NCBI RefSeq assembly: GCF_004010195.1
Contig: NC_057754.1
Location: forward strand, 907,318-956,106
Reading direction: 5' to 3'
Length of the DNA stretch: 48,789 nucleotides
Origin: Chiloscyllium plagiosum
Lineage: Eukaryota
Both the position numbers and the translations under genes were made by a program. The notes beneath the pieces are model-generated. The model had not been told where the DNA came from. It saw only the letters and a program-made list of their open reading frames with translations, and ran no database searches. Positions 48,461-48,789 of the stretch are shown piece by piece. Positions within the stretch are counted from its first letter, which is position 1, and every line of letters begins with the position of its first letter.

Positions 48461-48593
48461 GATGATTCGGAAAGCTTTGAGTCAGTCGGAGATGCGGAGA
48501 GCTGCACGAAGACCTTCTGTGCAAGTTAAAGTCAAACTCATGGGTTCAGCACGCTCAGCTGGCCTAGGAGAGCCCATCATCCTGGAGGACTGA
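48461..48593 (+). CDS. mta2: MTA2 last coding exon: (R)MIRKALSQSEMRRAARRPSVQVKVKLMGSARSAGLGEPIILED*
   Basis: cttttgcAG acceptor; second RRAARRP motif and EPIxxED terminus; TGA at 48591-48593. Confidence 0.95.
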
Positions 48594-48611
48594 TCATACT
48601 GGTCTTACATG

Positions 48612-48789
48612 TGCACACACAGACCTGTCTAGGCACATGCACACAGACACAGCACACACCCACCTGTCTAGGTACATGCACACAGACACAGCACACACAG
48701 ACCTGTCTAGGCACATGCACACAGACACAGCACACACACACCAGTCTAGGTACATGCACACAGACACAGCACACACAGACCTGTCTAGG
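48612..48789. repeat. 39-bp CA-rich tandem repeat in the mta2 3' UTR (runs off the window)
   Basis: acc(t/a)gtctagg starts at 48623, 48662, 48701, 48740 and 48779. Confidence 0.93.

Noticed and set aside
48125..48529. 134-aa ORF overlapping the last exon
   Set aside because: Different frame from MTA2, non-ATG start, no recognisable domain.
5033..48593. Assignment as MTA1 or MTA3
   Set aside because: [38 protein letters not shown] and KRQKLNP match MTA2 as recalled; a phylogeny would confirm.

Overview
Vertebrate genomic DNA, most likely a shark (inferred from HE1-type V-SINE, CR1, L2-like and Penelope repeat families). The + strand carries the 3' part of an MTA2 gene (NuRD scaffold: BAH end, ELM2, SANT, GATA-type zinc finger, C-terminus). 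I reconstructed 16 coding exons by hand, from 5033 to the stop at 48593, all with AG/GT boundaries and consistent phases if a 32-nt microexon at 28416-28447 is included. The 5' exons lie upstream of the window. Introns are dense in retroelements and minisatellites, and there is an 868-N gap. Main candidates: (1) a ~700-nt non-repetitive intronic domain (~2020-2720) that folds by eye into 3-4 tandem long hairpins with many G-U pairs on the sense strand, overlapped by a G-quadruplex motif; (2) hammerhead-ribozyme cores in Penelope-derived inserts; (3) a 39-bp satellite apparently amplified from the head of a SINE/LINE; (4) MTA1/MTA3-like C-terminal exon features and a possible recursive splice site. 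Alignments are from memory and folding was done by eye; nothing was computed.
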